Of a stretch of DNA of 64,000 nucleotides, positions 17,210 through 27,461 are shown in pieces. Under the pieces are notes generated by a model. It saw only the letters and a list, made by a program, of their open reading frames with translations. It was not told where the DNA came from and did no database searches. Source of the DNA: an uncultured archaeon (GTDB lineage: Archaea; Thermoproteota; EX4484-205; JAAOZP01); NCBI GenBank assembly GCA_938045545.1, contig CALIBN010000024.1, forward strand, positions 15,119 to 79,118. The letters run 5' to 3'. Position 1 is the stretch's first letter. Each line of letters starts with the position of its first letter. Made by a program: the position numbers and the translations under genes.

Positions 17210-17582
17210 GTTCTAACACTCCTCGTCTAAGCTCCTTGTACATTACTCTTTTAGCTTTTAGAGCCCTGCTGACATGTTTGAGAGCCAGCCTCGGCATGCT
17301 TCTGTTTCCACACGTGAAGATGTCTATGGCTGCATAGCCATACTCCGGCCAAGTGTGGATGGCTATGTGCGACTCCGCTATGACCACAACCCCTGAGACT
17401 CCTTGGGGTGTGAACTTATGGAACCTGCAGTCGATTATCCGTGTCTCCGCCTTCTCAGCGGCCTCTACGACGGTTTTCCTAACATATTCTAAGTCGTCTA
17501 GCAGTTCTTCATCGCAACGGTACAGATCCGCTATTATTTGCTTACCTAAATACATTATTCTACTCATTTCTGATTTTTTCAA
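17163..17582 (-). CDS. speD: S-adenosylmethionine decarboxylase proenzyme
   Basis: PQGVSGVVVIAESHIAIHTWPEYGYAAIDIFTCG. Confidence 0.93.
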   Translation of the reverse strand: MKKSEMSRIMYLGKQIIADLYRCDEELLDDLEYVRKTVVEAAEKAETRIIDCRFHKFTPQGVSGVVVIAESHIAIHTWPEYGYAAIDIFTCGNRSMPRLALKHVSRALKAKRVMYKELRRGVLEHVQVNENKILNTRPF

Positions 17583-17817
17583 GTTAGTGTATATTAAAAC
17601 AATTTAAATTTTACGGTTAGACATTAAAAACAAAGTTAAAACGGTTTTTCTTGCTGAAAACTGATTTGAAATAAAAATTGTAGTCGAATGATGAGCAATG
17701 TTTTTTATAGTCTATTTTTCAGCTTCAAAAAGCTTTTTTCTTCATTTTTTAATTTTTTAAAAAGCTCAACGCGTTTTTTCAAGTCTTTTTCCGCAACAAT
17801 TCCGCCGAAAATAAAGT

Positions 17818-18777
17818 CTAGTAGAAGTTTTTCAAAAGCAGATCTAAATACCTGTAGCCACCGTCAGGCAATACTGTAACAATACTCCCGCCCTTGAAAT
17901 CCCCGGCTACTTTCAAACAGGCTGAAACATTCGCCCCAGAAGATACTCCGCACAGCAATCCTTCAATCCTAGCCAGCTGAAGAGTTGTCTGAATAGCCTC
18001 CTCGTCGCTCACCAGCATCACCCCGTCGACAAGGCCCAGGTTATCCCTGAGGATCTTTGAGACAAAGCCCTCTCCAATGCCTTCTATCACATGCGGTATC
18101 CCAGCTATCTTCGAAGCTCCTCTTCCGTAAAACATGTTGTAGAGCGCCGGGGAATTCTCAGGCTCGACGGCGATTAAACGCATATTGGGGTACTTCTCCT
18201 TCAAAGCCTTTCCCACCCCTATAAGCGTCCCACCGGTTCCCACTCCGGCGACGAAGGCGTCGATCCTCTCATCCAGCTGCCTCAGTATTTCCATACCTGT
18301 GCCCTCGTAATGGGCCTTAACATTATCCTCGTTTGAAAACTGGTTGACTAGGAAACCACCGGTCTTTTCAGCTATTTCACCCGCCTTTCTGACCACGCTC
18401 TCCATACCCTCCTTCTCAGGAACCAAAACTATCTTAGCGTTTAACGTGTGCATCATCTGCCGCTTAGCCTTAGCAGTGTTATCCGGCATCACGAGGATTG
18501 CGTTATAGCCTTTAACTGCAGCAACCATCGCAATAGAGATCCCCGTGTTCCCGCTAGTGGCCTCAACTATTGTTGAACCGGGTTTCAGAAGCCCCTTCTT
18601 CTCCGCAGACTCTATAATGTACAGGGCTATCCTGTCCTTTATGCTTCCACTCGGATTTAGAAACTCGAGTTTCGCAAAAATGTTTACGCCTGCTTTTTCA
18701 GAAATCTTGTTCAGCCTCACTAATGGTGTTTCCCCTATTGCGTTAAGGACGCTGGAGGCTACTCTGTTTCTCTCCAA
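17818..18777 (-). CDS. cysK: cysteine synthase family PLP enzyme
   Basis: NPSGSIKDR, ATSGNTG and GVGTGGT motifs. Confidence 0.9.
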   Translation of the reverse strand: MERNRVASSVLNAIGETPLVRLNKISEKAGVNIFAKLEFLNPSGSIKDRIALYIIESAEKKGLLKPGSTIVEATSGNTGISIAMVAAVKGYNAILVMPDNTAKAKRQMMHTLNAKIVLVPEKEGMESVVRKAGEIAEKTGGFLVNQFSNEDNVKAHYEGTGMEILRQLDERIDAFVAGVGTGGTLIGVGKALKEKYPNMRLIAVEPENSPALYNMFYGRGASKIAGIPHVIEGIGEGFVSKILRDNLGLVDGVMLVSDEEAIQTTLQLARIEGLLCGVSSGANVSACLKVAGDFKGGSIVTVLPDGGYRYLDLLLKNFY

Positions 18778-18937
18778 GCCTCGGCTAAAAACCAGTTGAT
18801 ACGCTTATAAACTCTTGCAACTGTTGTTAAGGAGCAGTGTTAATGCAGTTGAAGCATAGCGGGCTCCCTGAGAAAATAAAAGACATCTCTGCACTTAACC
18901 AGGGGATTGGGAAGGATTTCTGTAATAGGCTTGTGTT

Positions 18938-19444
18938 CTAGGATACGCGTGCGGTCCCCCTGAACAGGATTATCGTCCTTCCGTTTTCAACGCCGGAAGC
19001 GCCTAAACCCCTTAAAGCATACAGTCCGCCTCCCATCCAGAAGTAACGTATGTGAAGAACCATGCTTGAACCATCGTTGCATCTGAGTCTGAGAATTATA
19101 GTGCTTCTCTTGTATAACACTACGCCCCGGGCTTCTGCAACATCATAGGTTGTTCCACCGATTACAACGCTTCCCTCAACCGCTTCTACAGGGATAAAGT
19201 TCTCTCGTCTCTCTCCAAGCTTCAAGGCTAGACTCAGACCCAGTTCCCTCTTTTCCCTCTCTCCATCAGTTTTTCTTACAGCTATTCCCTTTGCATTCAC
19301 AGAGACTGTTGATTTCCCCCTTATCGGTGTCTGCTCTTGAGGCTCGCCGCTGATTCTTAAGAACAGCATTGTCGAGACCAGTATCGCTAATAAGCTTGCT
19401 AGCGCCAGCAGTTTGAACCCGGTCATGTTTCTCATGCTCATCAC
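18938..19444 (-). CDS. hypothetical secreted or membrane-anchored beta-rich protein
   Basis: N-terminal hydrophobic helix; GGAGGTG RBS upstream. Confidence 0.65.
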   Translation of the reverse strand: MMSMRNMTGFKLLALASLLAILVSTMLFLRISGEPQEQTPIRGKSTVSVNAKGIAVRKTDGEREKRELGLSLALKLGERRENFIPVEAVEGSVVIGGTTYDVAEARGVVLYKRSTIILRLRCNDGSSMVLHIRYFWMGGGLYALRGLGASGVENGRTIILFRGTARVS

Positions 19445-19486
19445 CTCCGTTTAAAGCGTTTTCCCTCTGATTTTTATATGTGAGGC

Positions 19487-20182
19487 ATGATTCGTATGGA
19501 TGAATCATCCATAAACTTAAAAAGCGTTAAAAAGCGTATGCTTCGAAGAAGCTTGGACGGTTTACCGCTAATATCAATTCTAACCGAGCCGGTGAGTGCA
19601 GTGATAAGCTTTGCCATAGCCTATTACGCGTATAAAAGCTTTAGAATGTCTTCAATAAGAAGACTTTTTCTGCTGCATTTAGGGTTTGTAATACTTGGAG
19701 TAGCCCTCTTGCTTCGCTTCGTAACCTTCACCTTCCTCCTGTCGCTGCGTTTTTCTGAACAGAATGTTCAAGCTATACGGGGAATCGTTTCTCTAGGAGG
19801 ATTCGTTTTCTCCTCGCTGCAGCTGGTCGCCTATATTCTTTTCTCAGCCTCGTACACCTCGCAACCTGAATCCGCAAACGAGAATGGCAAAATACTGGCC
19901 GTCCTACCAGGTTTCTACCTTATATTTTTCAACCCTTTTCTAGAACTGTTGTCTCTCGCGATAATCGGCTACGTCGTGGCCCGTGCGCTTATTCTCTTCA
20001 TTTATAAAAGCAGCGGCAATTCGCTTCTAGTCCTGCTCGGCTTTGCATGTTTCTTCGCGAGCCACCTGTTCTTTCTTTTCACGGCGATTGAAGAAAGCCT
20101 CTTGTTCCTGGGTCAGGTTGTTCAGCTTTTCGGATTCATATTCTTTCTAGTGATGTTGACACGGGTGACTAGGACGGGTTGA
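19487..20182 (+). CDS. multi-pass (6-7 TM) membrane protein
   Basis: Alternating hydrophobic helices; overlaps the next wHTH gene. Confidence 0.7.
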   Translation: MIRMDESSINLKSVKKRMLRRSLDGLPLISILTEPVSAVISFAIAYYAYKSFRMSSIRRLFLLHLGFVILGVALLLRFVTFTFLLSLRFSEQNVQAIRGIVSLGGFVFSSLQLVAYILFSASYTSQPESANENGKILAVLPGFYLIFFNPFLELLSLAIIGYVVARALILFIYKSSGNSLLVLLGFACFFASHLFFLFTAIEESLLFLGQVVQLFGFIFFLVMLTRVTRTG

Positions 20183-20466
20183 CTGCTTCAAAAGAGTACC
20201 GTTCTAAAGCACGCATCTACTTCGACATATTGAACCAGATAGTTAGCGAAGGCGGTAGGGCTGGACCCACACGCATTCTTTACGGTGCAAACTTGTCGCA
20301 TGACCGTTTGACTAAGCACTTAGCCCAGCTCATAAGCCTAGGGTTGGTTGTTGAGGAGAAGGAGGGGGACAGGGTATTCTATTCTTTAACTGAAAAAGGG
20401 ATGGCTTTTATCCAAGAGTTTCGCCGGATACAGGCTTTCGCTAAAGCCTTCGGAATACCTATTTGA
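20179..20466 (+). CDS. small winged-helix regulator (archaeal HTH_45-like)
   Basis: RSKARIYFDIL...TRILYGANLS...YSLTEKG. Confidence 0.85.
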   Translation: MTASKEYRSKARIYFDILNQIVSEGGRAGPTRILYGANLSHDRLTKHLAQLISLGLVVEEKEGDRVFYSLTEKGMAFIQEFRRIQAFAKAFGIPI

Positions 20467-20544
20467 CAGCCTTACAGCATCCAAATCGACTCTTCTTAGC
20501 GTTAAGCATGGAAAGATTTATGAGTGTAACCGGGGGTTTTAATA

Positions 20545-21339
20545 TTGCGGATGGAGACTATTGCCAGGATTAATGAGCCGCTTCACGGTTATGTTCAGGA
20601 GATAGTGCTTATCCCTGTGAGCAAGCTTAAGGTTATAGAGGTTCAGAGAAAACCCTCCGCTCCTCACGTTAAGAGGCTTAAAAGCTCGATTAAGAAGATA
20701 GGTTTCACCATACCGCTGATAGTTGTCAGAAGGGGGGAAGAAAACATAATAATAGATGGTCAACACAGGTTTCTGGCGGCGAAGGAGCTTGGAATAAAAG
20801 AATTGCCTGCGATAGTAATACCTGAAAAGTATGCTCACAACCTGATGGAGCTGAACGTTGAGAAACAGATGTCTCTGAGGGAGAGAGCGTACGTTGCGCT
20901 TAATGTTTACAGGATGTATTTGAATGAAACCCCTTCTATGAAGGAGGATGATGGAAGGATAATGGATTCAATAGAGTATGCATACTATGTTACGCTTGGA
21001 ATAGCCTATGAGAAGAAGCCGAGGGTATCCGGATCACCCTATGAGGCATTGTTGAAGAAGGTAGATGGTTTTCTTTCAAAGCCGTTGAGGGACGCTGTCG
21101 TGGAAAGGGAGAGGAGGGCGGAAGTCATAATAGAGACGGATGGCTTAACCAGGGAGGTTGTTAAGAAAGTCAAGGAATTAGGGGTGGAACACGAATTCCT
21201 ATATAACGAGGTCGTGTCTTTCTGCAACCCTATGAAGAGGAAGAAGAAGGTTTCACAGAGCTTCGACAATATTTTCAGCGCGCTGCAAAAGAACCTAAAG
21301 GACTTGGCTCAAAACCCTGAGAAAATTTTAAAGAAGTAA
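20545..21339 (+). CDS. ParB/Srx-domain protein
   Basis: LKSSIKKIGFTIPLIV and IIDGQHRFLA motifs. Confidence 0.85.
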   Translation: MRMETIARINEPLHGYVQEIVLIPVSKLKVIEVQRKPSAPHVKRLKSSIKKIGFTIPLIVVRRGEENIIIDGQHRFLAAKELGIKELPAIVIPEKYAHNLMELNVEKQMSLRERAYVALNVYRMYLNETPSMKEDDGRIMDSIEYAYYVTLGIAYEKKPRVSGSPYEALLKKVDGFLSKPLRDAVVERERRAEVIIETDGLTREVVKKVKELGVEHEFLYNEVVSFCNPMKRKKKVSQSFDNIFSALQKNLKDLAQNPEKILKK

Positions 21340-21517
21340 CTGAAAAAATTTACCATATTCGGCGAGAAAGCACATGTCCTTCAGGAATGGTGATAATGCC
21401 ATTAAACTTTTGGACATTTCTCCACTAAAAGCCTTTCCCCGTATCCATTGAGTATGATCAGAATAAGAATGAATATTACTACCTATTTATCTATATAGTT
21501 GGGAACTGCGTGAAGTG

Positions 21518-22348
21518 TCAAGGTTTAGTGACCATTCTCACCGTGGCTAAGAGTAGCACAATGCCCAGCAACATCTTAAGAAGACCTTCGCTAGCCACGG
21601 TTACGAAACTGGCTCCAACATATGATCCCAAGACTGAAGCGAAGCCCATGGTTAATCCAATGGCAATGCCATAGTTGTTCAGGTGGCCTATGCGCCAATG
21701 CTTTATGAAGCTGGCCAATATGGTTGGGATGGAAACCAGCAGGCTTAATGTACCCGCTATTTTCACCGGGAAACCAAAGAAGTAGATGAGAGCTGGGATC
21801 CTGTACTCTCCTCCAGCAACTCCCAGCAGGCCTGAAACAACCCCGATTAGAAGGCCAACGAGCATCGAGAAGGCGATTTCCATAAGATATGGGAATGAAA
21901 CGCTTGATGGGGGCAATTCGACAAACTGGTCAAAAATCATCCTCAACCCTACTGCAATCAACAGCACTATTAGAAACTTCCTTAACAGGCTTTCATTTAG
22001 CCTTCCAGCCAGATGTGCACCAATATATCCTCCCAAGATTGAGCCGGAAGACATGAATAACGCGATATTGATCGCGTTAGGAGTGATTAGGCCGGTCCGG
22101 TACCTCACGATAAATGAGACGGAGACGGTTAAAAGCCCTATCAACAGGTTTATAGTGATTGAAAGCAGGACCGGCAGATCCAGCAGGTAGAGCAAGACGG
22201 GTATTCTGAACTCCCCGCCTCCTACGCCAAGGAGTCCTGATGCTAAACCAATCGAAAAACCGGAAAAAACGGAGACAAAAAGTTTGCCTATGTTAAAACG
22301 TTGAACCGTGCTCTCGAAAGCATTGCCCGTCATTATTAATGCTTTCAA
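21518..22348 (-). CDS. TauE/SafE sulfite exporter family protein
   Basis: Duplicated SGLLGVGGG / SGLLGVAGG motif; 8 TM. Confidence 0.9.
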   Translation of the reverse strand: MKALIMTGNAFESTVQRFNIGKLFVSVFSGFSIGLASGLLGVGGGEFRIPVLLYLLDLPVLLSITINLLIGLLTVSVSFIVRYRTGLITPNAINIALFMSSGSILGGYIGAHLAGRLNESLLRKFLIVLLIAVGLRMIFDQFVELPPSSVSFPYLMEIAFSMLVGLLIGVVSGLLGVAGGEYRIPALIYFFGFPVKIAGTLSLLVSIPTILASFIKHWRIGHLNNYGIAIGLTMGFASVLGSYVGASFVTVASEGLLKMLLGIVLLLATVRMVTKP

Positions 22349-22392
22349 ACCGGCTGACTTTGCATTTAAATAGTTTAAGTTCCTCAGTCAAG

Positions 22393-22893
22393 CTACTCTA
22401 AGGTTATTCTTCCTGAAACCGTTGCGAAAACATTCTTAGAATAGTGTAAGACCGGTTGAAAGTCGAGTTTTTCAACATGCTCTTTCAAGACTCTTCCAAC
22501 AACCAGCCAGTGGTCTCCGAACTCTTTGAACAGTTCCACTCTGCACTCCAGCTGGACAGGCATGTTTCTCACGAGGGGTGGCTTAACAGTCTCAGCCTTC
22601 TCAGTCTCCAATCCTAGGAGGGCAAACTTATCGACTTCCCTCCCGGACCTTGTGCCGCAGGCCCACACCATATCGATCATATCTCTCGAAGGAATGGCTA
22701 AAATGAATTCGGTAACCTCCCTCAGATTCTCAAAGGTTTTCCTTCTGGGGGAAACGGCAAAAGCAACATATTTCGGTTCAAAGCTTATAGGCATCAAGAA
22801 TGAGAATGCCGCAATATCCGGCTCACCCTTAGAATCGCAAGTAATAACTAGTCCCGTCACCCTTGGAAAGATCATCTCGCTTATTCTAGCCAT
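22393..22893 (-). CDS. flavin reductase-like protein
   Basis: PISFEP, CGTRSGREVDKF and GDHWLVVG motifs. Confidence 0.9.
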   Translation of the reverse strand: MARISEMIFPRVTGLVITCDSKGEPDIAAFSFLMPISFEPKYVAFAVSPRRKTFENLREVTEFILAIPSRDMIDMVWACGTRSGREVDKFALLGLETEKAETVKPPLVRNMPVQLECRVELFKEFGDHWLVVGRVLKEHVEKLDFQPVLHYSKNVFATVSGRITLE

Positions 22894-23219
22894 GTATCGA
22901 GATCGTAGAAAGTATTGTTAACCTTTTCCCTCGAGCATCCAATATTAGGGAGCTAAAATCCCGTTTTTGTAGTAACCGTATTGCAACACTGTTGAGAAGG
23001 TTAGTTAACATATTCTTAAAGACGATTAAAATAGGGAGGCTTCTCCCTTTATCCATAGTCTCGTTTTAAATTATTTATGAATCTGGAAAAAGAAGCCATT
23101 TCTAGAGAGGAATTAACTTTACAACCTTATTATCGATCCTTGTTTTATCCTCGTAATCCCAAGTGATTATTTCTCAGAAAAATTAACGCCGCCTAGCCAG
23201 AAATTAAAAGCAAGATTTA

Positions 23220-23843
23220 CTAACTTTTTCTCTCAAGGATCTCCCTGATTCTCTTAAGCTCGTCTAGGATCCGTTGTTCTAAATCTTCTTGCGGAGCGAA
23301 TCCTGACTCAGTCTCCACAGCCATCGGCCGAAGCCTTCCAACCATGTTAAGCATGAAGCTCTTCACTTCTTCAACGTTCTTAATACCCTGAAGAATGGCT
23401 TCCGCAACCCCGTGGCTTCCGGGAGCAACATGGTAACCAGCAGTTTGAATGCGAAGCTCCCATAACCCTAGCATCCTGGAGACGGGGCCTTGTCGAATGT
23501 CAACATTAGTTATACGGTTGTAGGGGACTATGCTCTTATGCTTCCACCAAACCCCCTTTTCAACGATTATTTCACTCTCCGTAAAGGTGTAGAACAGGGA
23601 TAGATAATACAGGTTTATCCAAATGATCGAGGGGACAAGGATTAGGAGGCATATGATTGCGAGAATGAATATAACCATCGCGAGAACCCCCAAGTTAAGG
23701 GTAGGAGGAGAGAGGATTGTTAAAACGCTCATGAGGCATAGCGGAAAAATGAGAACCAGCCCTAAACCAGTTAGAAGGTAGATGTATTGAAGCGTCTTGA
23801 AAGACGGGTCTGGTTTAAACTTCTCGCCAATTCTAACAGTCAT
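23220..23843 (-). CDS. bacterial-type PH domain membrane protein
   Basis: Two TM helices, then VPYNRITNVDIRQGP...IQTAG. Confidence 0.85.
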   Translation of the reverse strand: MTVRIGEKFKPDPSFKTLQYIYLLTGLGLVLIFPLCLMSVLTILSPPTLNLGVLAMVIFILAIICLLILVPSIIWINLYYLSLFYTFTESEIIVEKGVWWKHKSIVPYNRITNVDIRQGPVSRMLGLWELRIQTAGYHVAPGSHGVAEAILQGIKNVEEVKSFMLNMVGRLRPMAVETESGFAPQEDLEQRILDELKRIREILERKS

Positions 23844-23921
23844 TCACTTCAGTAATCATGCAGGGGAATATAAGACTTTTTCAGATGATGCTGCAAATAA
23901 GGTTGGTGTTTTTAGAAAATA

Positions 23922-24711
23922 CTATTTTTCCTCGCGTCTCGTGGAAACGATGTAGGAAAGTATTACGAATACTGTTGGATATAGTATCAGGACCATTAGG
24001 GATATGGGGTATTGTGAAGACAGTTTAAGCAGGTCGAAGACATCCTGCTTGCTAGCCTTAGCGGGAACAGGGCCTGTTAAAGTGCTGTAGTGATTATTGA
24101 TTGAGAAGATCTGCGTCATGTAGTTTAGCTCAACGTATTTTTTTCCCAGTAATCGCTCTCCAGGCTGAAAGAGGCGAAGGAGGGTATACCCAGCATCATG
24201 AAGGCGATCATCACGGATATTAAAGGCACTATTATGGTAAAAAACGCCCAGAGCGCTATGCTTGCTATGGGCGAGTGACCCGATTTATTTAGGATCGTGG
24301 AGAAGAAAAGCGAGACGGAGTAGTATGCGAACGCGAAAATCAGTGAGAATATTGAGAATAACGTTAGCCTGGTGAGATCGTCTAAGTCTATGTTTAGGCC
24401 GTATACTTAAGGTTCTCCAAGGCAGTCATGTCGTCGTAGAACTCGAAGCCTTCTGGCAGCAGCCCCACCTTCCTCCTTATCTCCAATGATTCGCGAAGCA
24501 CATCATGTCCTAAAACCCTAGCCACGCCCCTCGTCGGCAGAGTTAAGCCCATCAGTATCGCTATCAGCGTTGATTTCCCAGCTCCATTCGGGCCGAAGAG
24601 CCCGTGTATGCTGCCTTTAGGAATCTTAAGGTTAACGTTGTCCAGGGCTGTCACCGGAGGGGTGCCCTTGAATATCTTTACAAGGTTTTCATATTCTATT
24701 ACAAAGCTCAT
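23922..24711 (-). pseudogene. ABC transporter remnant: N-terminal half of the ATPase followed by the C-terminal part of an ABC-2 permease
   Basis: GPNGAGKST is present, but the ORF stops at 105 aa before the signature and Walker B motifs. ~24390-23922 encodes FAYYSVSLFFSTI... TM segments in broken frames. Confidence 0.75.
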
Positions 24712-24915
24712 GCCTCCCGCCTTCCCTGTTTCTGAATATTTAGAGGGTGAGAGTTAAAAAGATTCCAGCGTAGCCTTCTTTATGGGGAATACTCCGTATT
24801 CAGTTCAAAGAAACGTGGAGGAATATTGTTAGCGTCGGTGCTGGTTTACTCGGTCTGAGGGTTTTCCTCTTTGCTTAAGCCTTCCTAAAAGATTGAGGTT
24901 CATGAAAACCCTATT

Positions 24916-25416
24916 TTAAACCTCAGCCCCTACTTCTCTGAAACCGTTCTCAACATACTGGAGGCCTCTCCGAAGCATTTTGAAAACCTTCTTACCGGCC
25001 TCGACGCCTGTTTCACTCACAAGCCCCCTCTTTATCAGTATGCTCATGTACTGCCTAGGGTTTTCAAGCCCGCTTAGCCTAGCCTCCTCCTTAAGCTTCT
25101 CAACATCCTCGTAAGTAAAATCCCTCTTCTCAACCATGTAAAGATAGTAGCCGATCAACAGTATCTTCTCATACCCCTTCAACATATCTGGCTCCCTTCC
25201 GATCCTCTTAGCCTCCTCGGCGAGAAACTCGGTGAAGGTGATGCCCTGTGGCAGCGGCTCTGGTTCAATTGTCCTCGCAGCCTCAACCCTTTCTTGGAGA
25301 AACTCGCTCCTGAGCCTCTCGAAAGTAGTCTCCACAAACTCCCTGCTGCCCCAGACCTCCACCTCGACGTCTCTCCTCTTAACCCTCACGCCGTATCCAT
25401 GTTCCTTGACACTCAT
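24916..25416 (-). CDS. hypothetical protein with C-terminal winged helix (start at MSVKEHG)
   Basis: EVEVWGSREFV N-domain; NPRQYMSILIKRGLV...RRGLQYV. The longer ORF overlaps the helicase gene. Confidence 0.7.
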   Translation of the reverse strand: MSVKEHGYGVRVKRRDVEVEVWGSREFVETTFERLRSEFLQERVEAARTIEPEPLPQGITFTEFLAEEAKRIGREPDMLKGYEKILLIGYYLYMVEKRDFTYEDVEKLKEEARLSGLENPRQYMSILIKRGLVSETGVEAGKKVFKMLRRGLQYVENGFREVGAEV

Positions 25417-25460
25417 GTTCAAGCCGGAAACCATGCTTCTCAACGAAATATAAGGCTTTC

Positions 25461-27422
25461 TCAGGAGAGGAAGCTGCTTACCTCCCTCGTAAGGTTTTCG
25501 ATTTTCAAATGGGCATGCATGTCCTGTCTCCAATCCTGTGGAAGCTTGTCCCTCACCCTTCCATATATCCTGCTGTCCATAATCACTATGACTCCCCTGT
25601 CCTGCTGGCTTCTTATCAGTCTGCCAGCCATCTGGGCCAGTGTGACTATGCATGGGGTGGTGCTCGCGTATTCGAAAGCCTTTTCGCCGAACTTTTTCTC
25701 ATAGTATTTTAAAAGGGCTTCATGCATCTCGCTCCTCTTAGGATAGGGTAGGCCAACTATCACGACGGCTGAGAGGAGGGAGGAGCCCTCGCTCGTAAGG
25801 TCCACGCCCTCGCTTATCTTGCCTCTTGCAACACCTAACGCTAAGCAACTGTTGTTCTCCCTGAGGAACTTGAGCACTTCCCTAACCCTTGTCTTCGCGT
25901 CCTCCCTGATTATCGGGCGGTTTATCACGATTCTCTCCGAAACCTTCTCCATCAGCTCGTAAGACGGGAAGTATACGGCTACCCTCCCTTTTACGGATTC
26001 AATGATCCTGTTGAGCCTCTCAGCTATCCTGCCTATCATCTCCCCCCTAAGCTCGTACTTGGTTGTCACAGCCTTGTCCACGAGTATCAGCCTGTTCTCC
26101 CTTTTAAACGGAGACGGGAGGGAGAGGGTTGCCACCCGCCTCTCATCCAAGCCTAGGACATCCCTGTAGTAGGGGAAATCCCAAAGTGTTCCAGACATTA
26201 AAACGGCTGACCTAACCTTGTTCAGGCTTCGCGTCGCCCTTGAAACATCCAGCGAACATATTCCAATCCTCACAATCCTCCTGCCGCCGGAGCCTTTCTC
26301 AACCCTAACGTATCTCACAGTGTCCTCGGAATCCTCAGAGGCCCATCTTTGAGCAAACTCCGCGATCCTCCCAAGGTGCGAGACAGGAGGCTTCCCCGAA
26401 TCCATTTTCATCGAAACTATTCTCTCAGATTCCTCCAGCATTTTCCGGAGGGTTTCAAGCACCTTCTCCCCTGGCATGCGTAGGGCTCTGAGCAGGGAAG
26501 CCTCATCCCCTTCTAAAACATGGTTCTCCCCAATGCCCACTTGTTTCACAGCTTTTCTCCCAAGCCTCTCCATGAACGCTTTGAAAAGCCTTATGAAACT
26601 CTTTTCTTCAAACCCGTATTCGACAGCCTCTTTCCAGGCTCTTGAAACGGTTCTCGTGGAAACCTCGTCTGAGAGGAGCCCTGAGGCAGCGGAGGGGAGC
26701 GAGTGAGCCTCGTCGAAAACAATGTTCACACTGCCCATCTGCATCCTTCCCCTGGCGAATATGCTTCTCCTAGCCTCATCTATAAGGAAATGGTTGTAGT
26801 TGCCTATGATGACGTCTGAGTCGGCAGCCGCCAGCCTAGTTAGCTCATACGGGCACATCCCCCGTGATGAAGCCTCTTCGTACAGCTCGTCCGGCATTAA
26901 AACACGCTTGACCCCCGCCTCCTCCAGGAAGACTATCGCCTCCCTAGACGGCTTCCAGTCCCTGAAAACCTTAGCGTAGAAGGCGCATGATGATGCTGAA
27001 ACACCCTTCTTAAGCCTGCTGCAATACGTTAGGAAGCTCCGGTAGTCCATTCTCCCAACCTCCAGCCTCCCCCTGGCTAGGGGGCACATCTCCTGCCTGC
27101 TCACCATCAGCGTTGCCCTAAGGATTACCCCAGTCTTTTCAGCGATCGTTTTAAGCTCCCTAGCGTATATTTCAAGCTCGTTCCTCGTCCTAGTCAGTAT
27201 GAACAGTTTCCCAACTTCCTCGATCTCCCTAGCCATCAAGTATGCTGTTAAAACCGAAACTGATTTCCCGGTTCCACAGGGGGAGGATAATAAACCTATT
27301 CTCCCCGTGGTGAGAACACGGAAGATGAACTCTATCGCTTCAAGCTGGTGTTCCCTGAACTCCGAATAGGGAAAGTATTTCTTGGCCCATTTCTCAACCG
27401 TCTGATGCAAAGGCTTCTGCAT
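25461..27422 (-). CDS. XPD/Rad3/DinG-family Fe-S DNA helicase
   Basis: SPCGTGKS, CPY, FDEAH, MSGT, SEGVD and QMAGRLIRS motifs. Confidence 0.93.
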   Translation of the reverse strand: MQKPLHQTVEKWAKKYFPYSEFREHQLEAIEFIFRVLTTGRIGLLSSPCGTGKSVSVLTAYLMAREIEEVGKLFILTRTRNELEIYARELKTIAEKTGVILRATLMVSRQEMCPLARGRLEVGRMDYRSFLTYCSRLKKGVSASSCAFYAKVFRDWKPSREAIVFLEEAGVKRVLMPDELYEEASSRGMCPYELTRLAAADSDVIIGNYNHFLIDEARRSIFARGRMQMGSVNIVFDEAHSLPSAASGLLSDEVSTRTVSRAWKEAVEYGFEEKSFIRLFKAFMERLGRKAVKQVGIGENHVLEGDEASLLRALRMPGEKVLETLRKMLEESERIVSMKMDSGKPPVSHLGRIAEFAQRWASEDSEDTVRYVRVEKGSGGRRIVRIGICSLDVSRATRSLNKVRSAVLMSGTLWDFPYYRDVLGLDERRVATLSLPSPFKRENRLILVDKAVTTKYELRGEMIGRIAERLNRIIESVKGRVAVYFPSYELMEKVSERIVINRPIIREDAKTRVREVLKFLRENNSCLALGVARGKISEGVDLTSEGSSLLSAVVIVGLPYPKRSEMHEALLKYYEKKFGEKAFEYASTTPCIVTLAQMAGRLIRSQQDRGVIVIMDSRIYGRVRDKLPQDWRQDMHAHLKIENLTREVSSFLS

Positions 27423-27461
27423 CCTTATTCCGGGGAACGCTTAAAAGCGTTAGCACCCTGT

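Noticed and set aside
25417-25653. N-terminal extension of ORF 24916..25653
   Set aside because: It overlaps the helicase C-terminus in another frame; the likely start is 25416.
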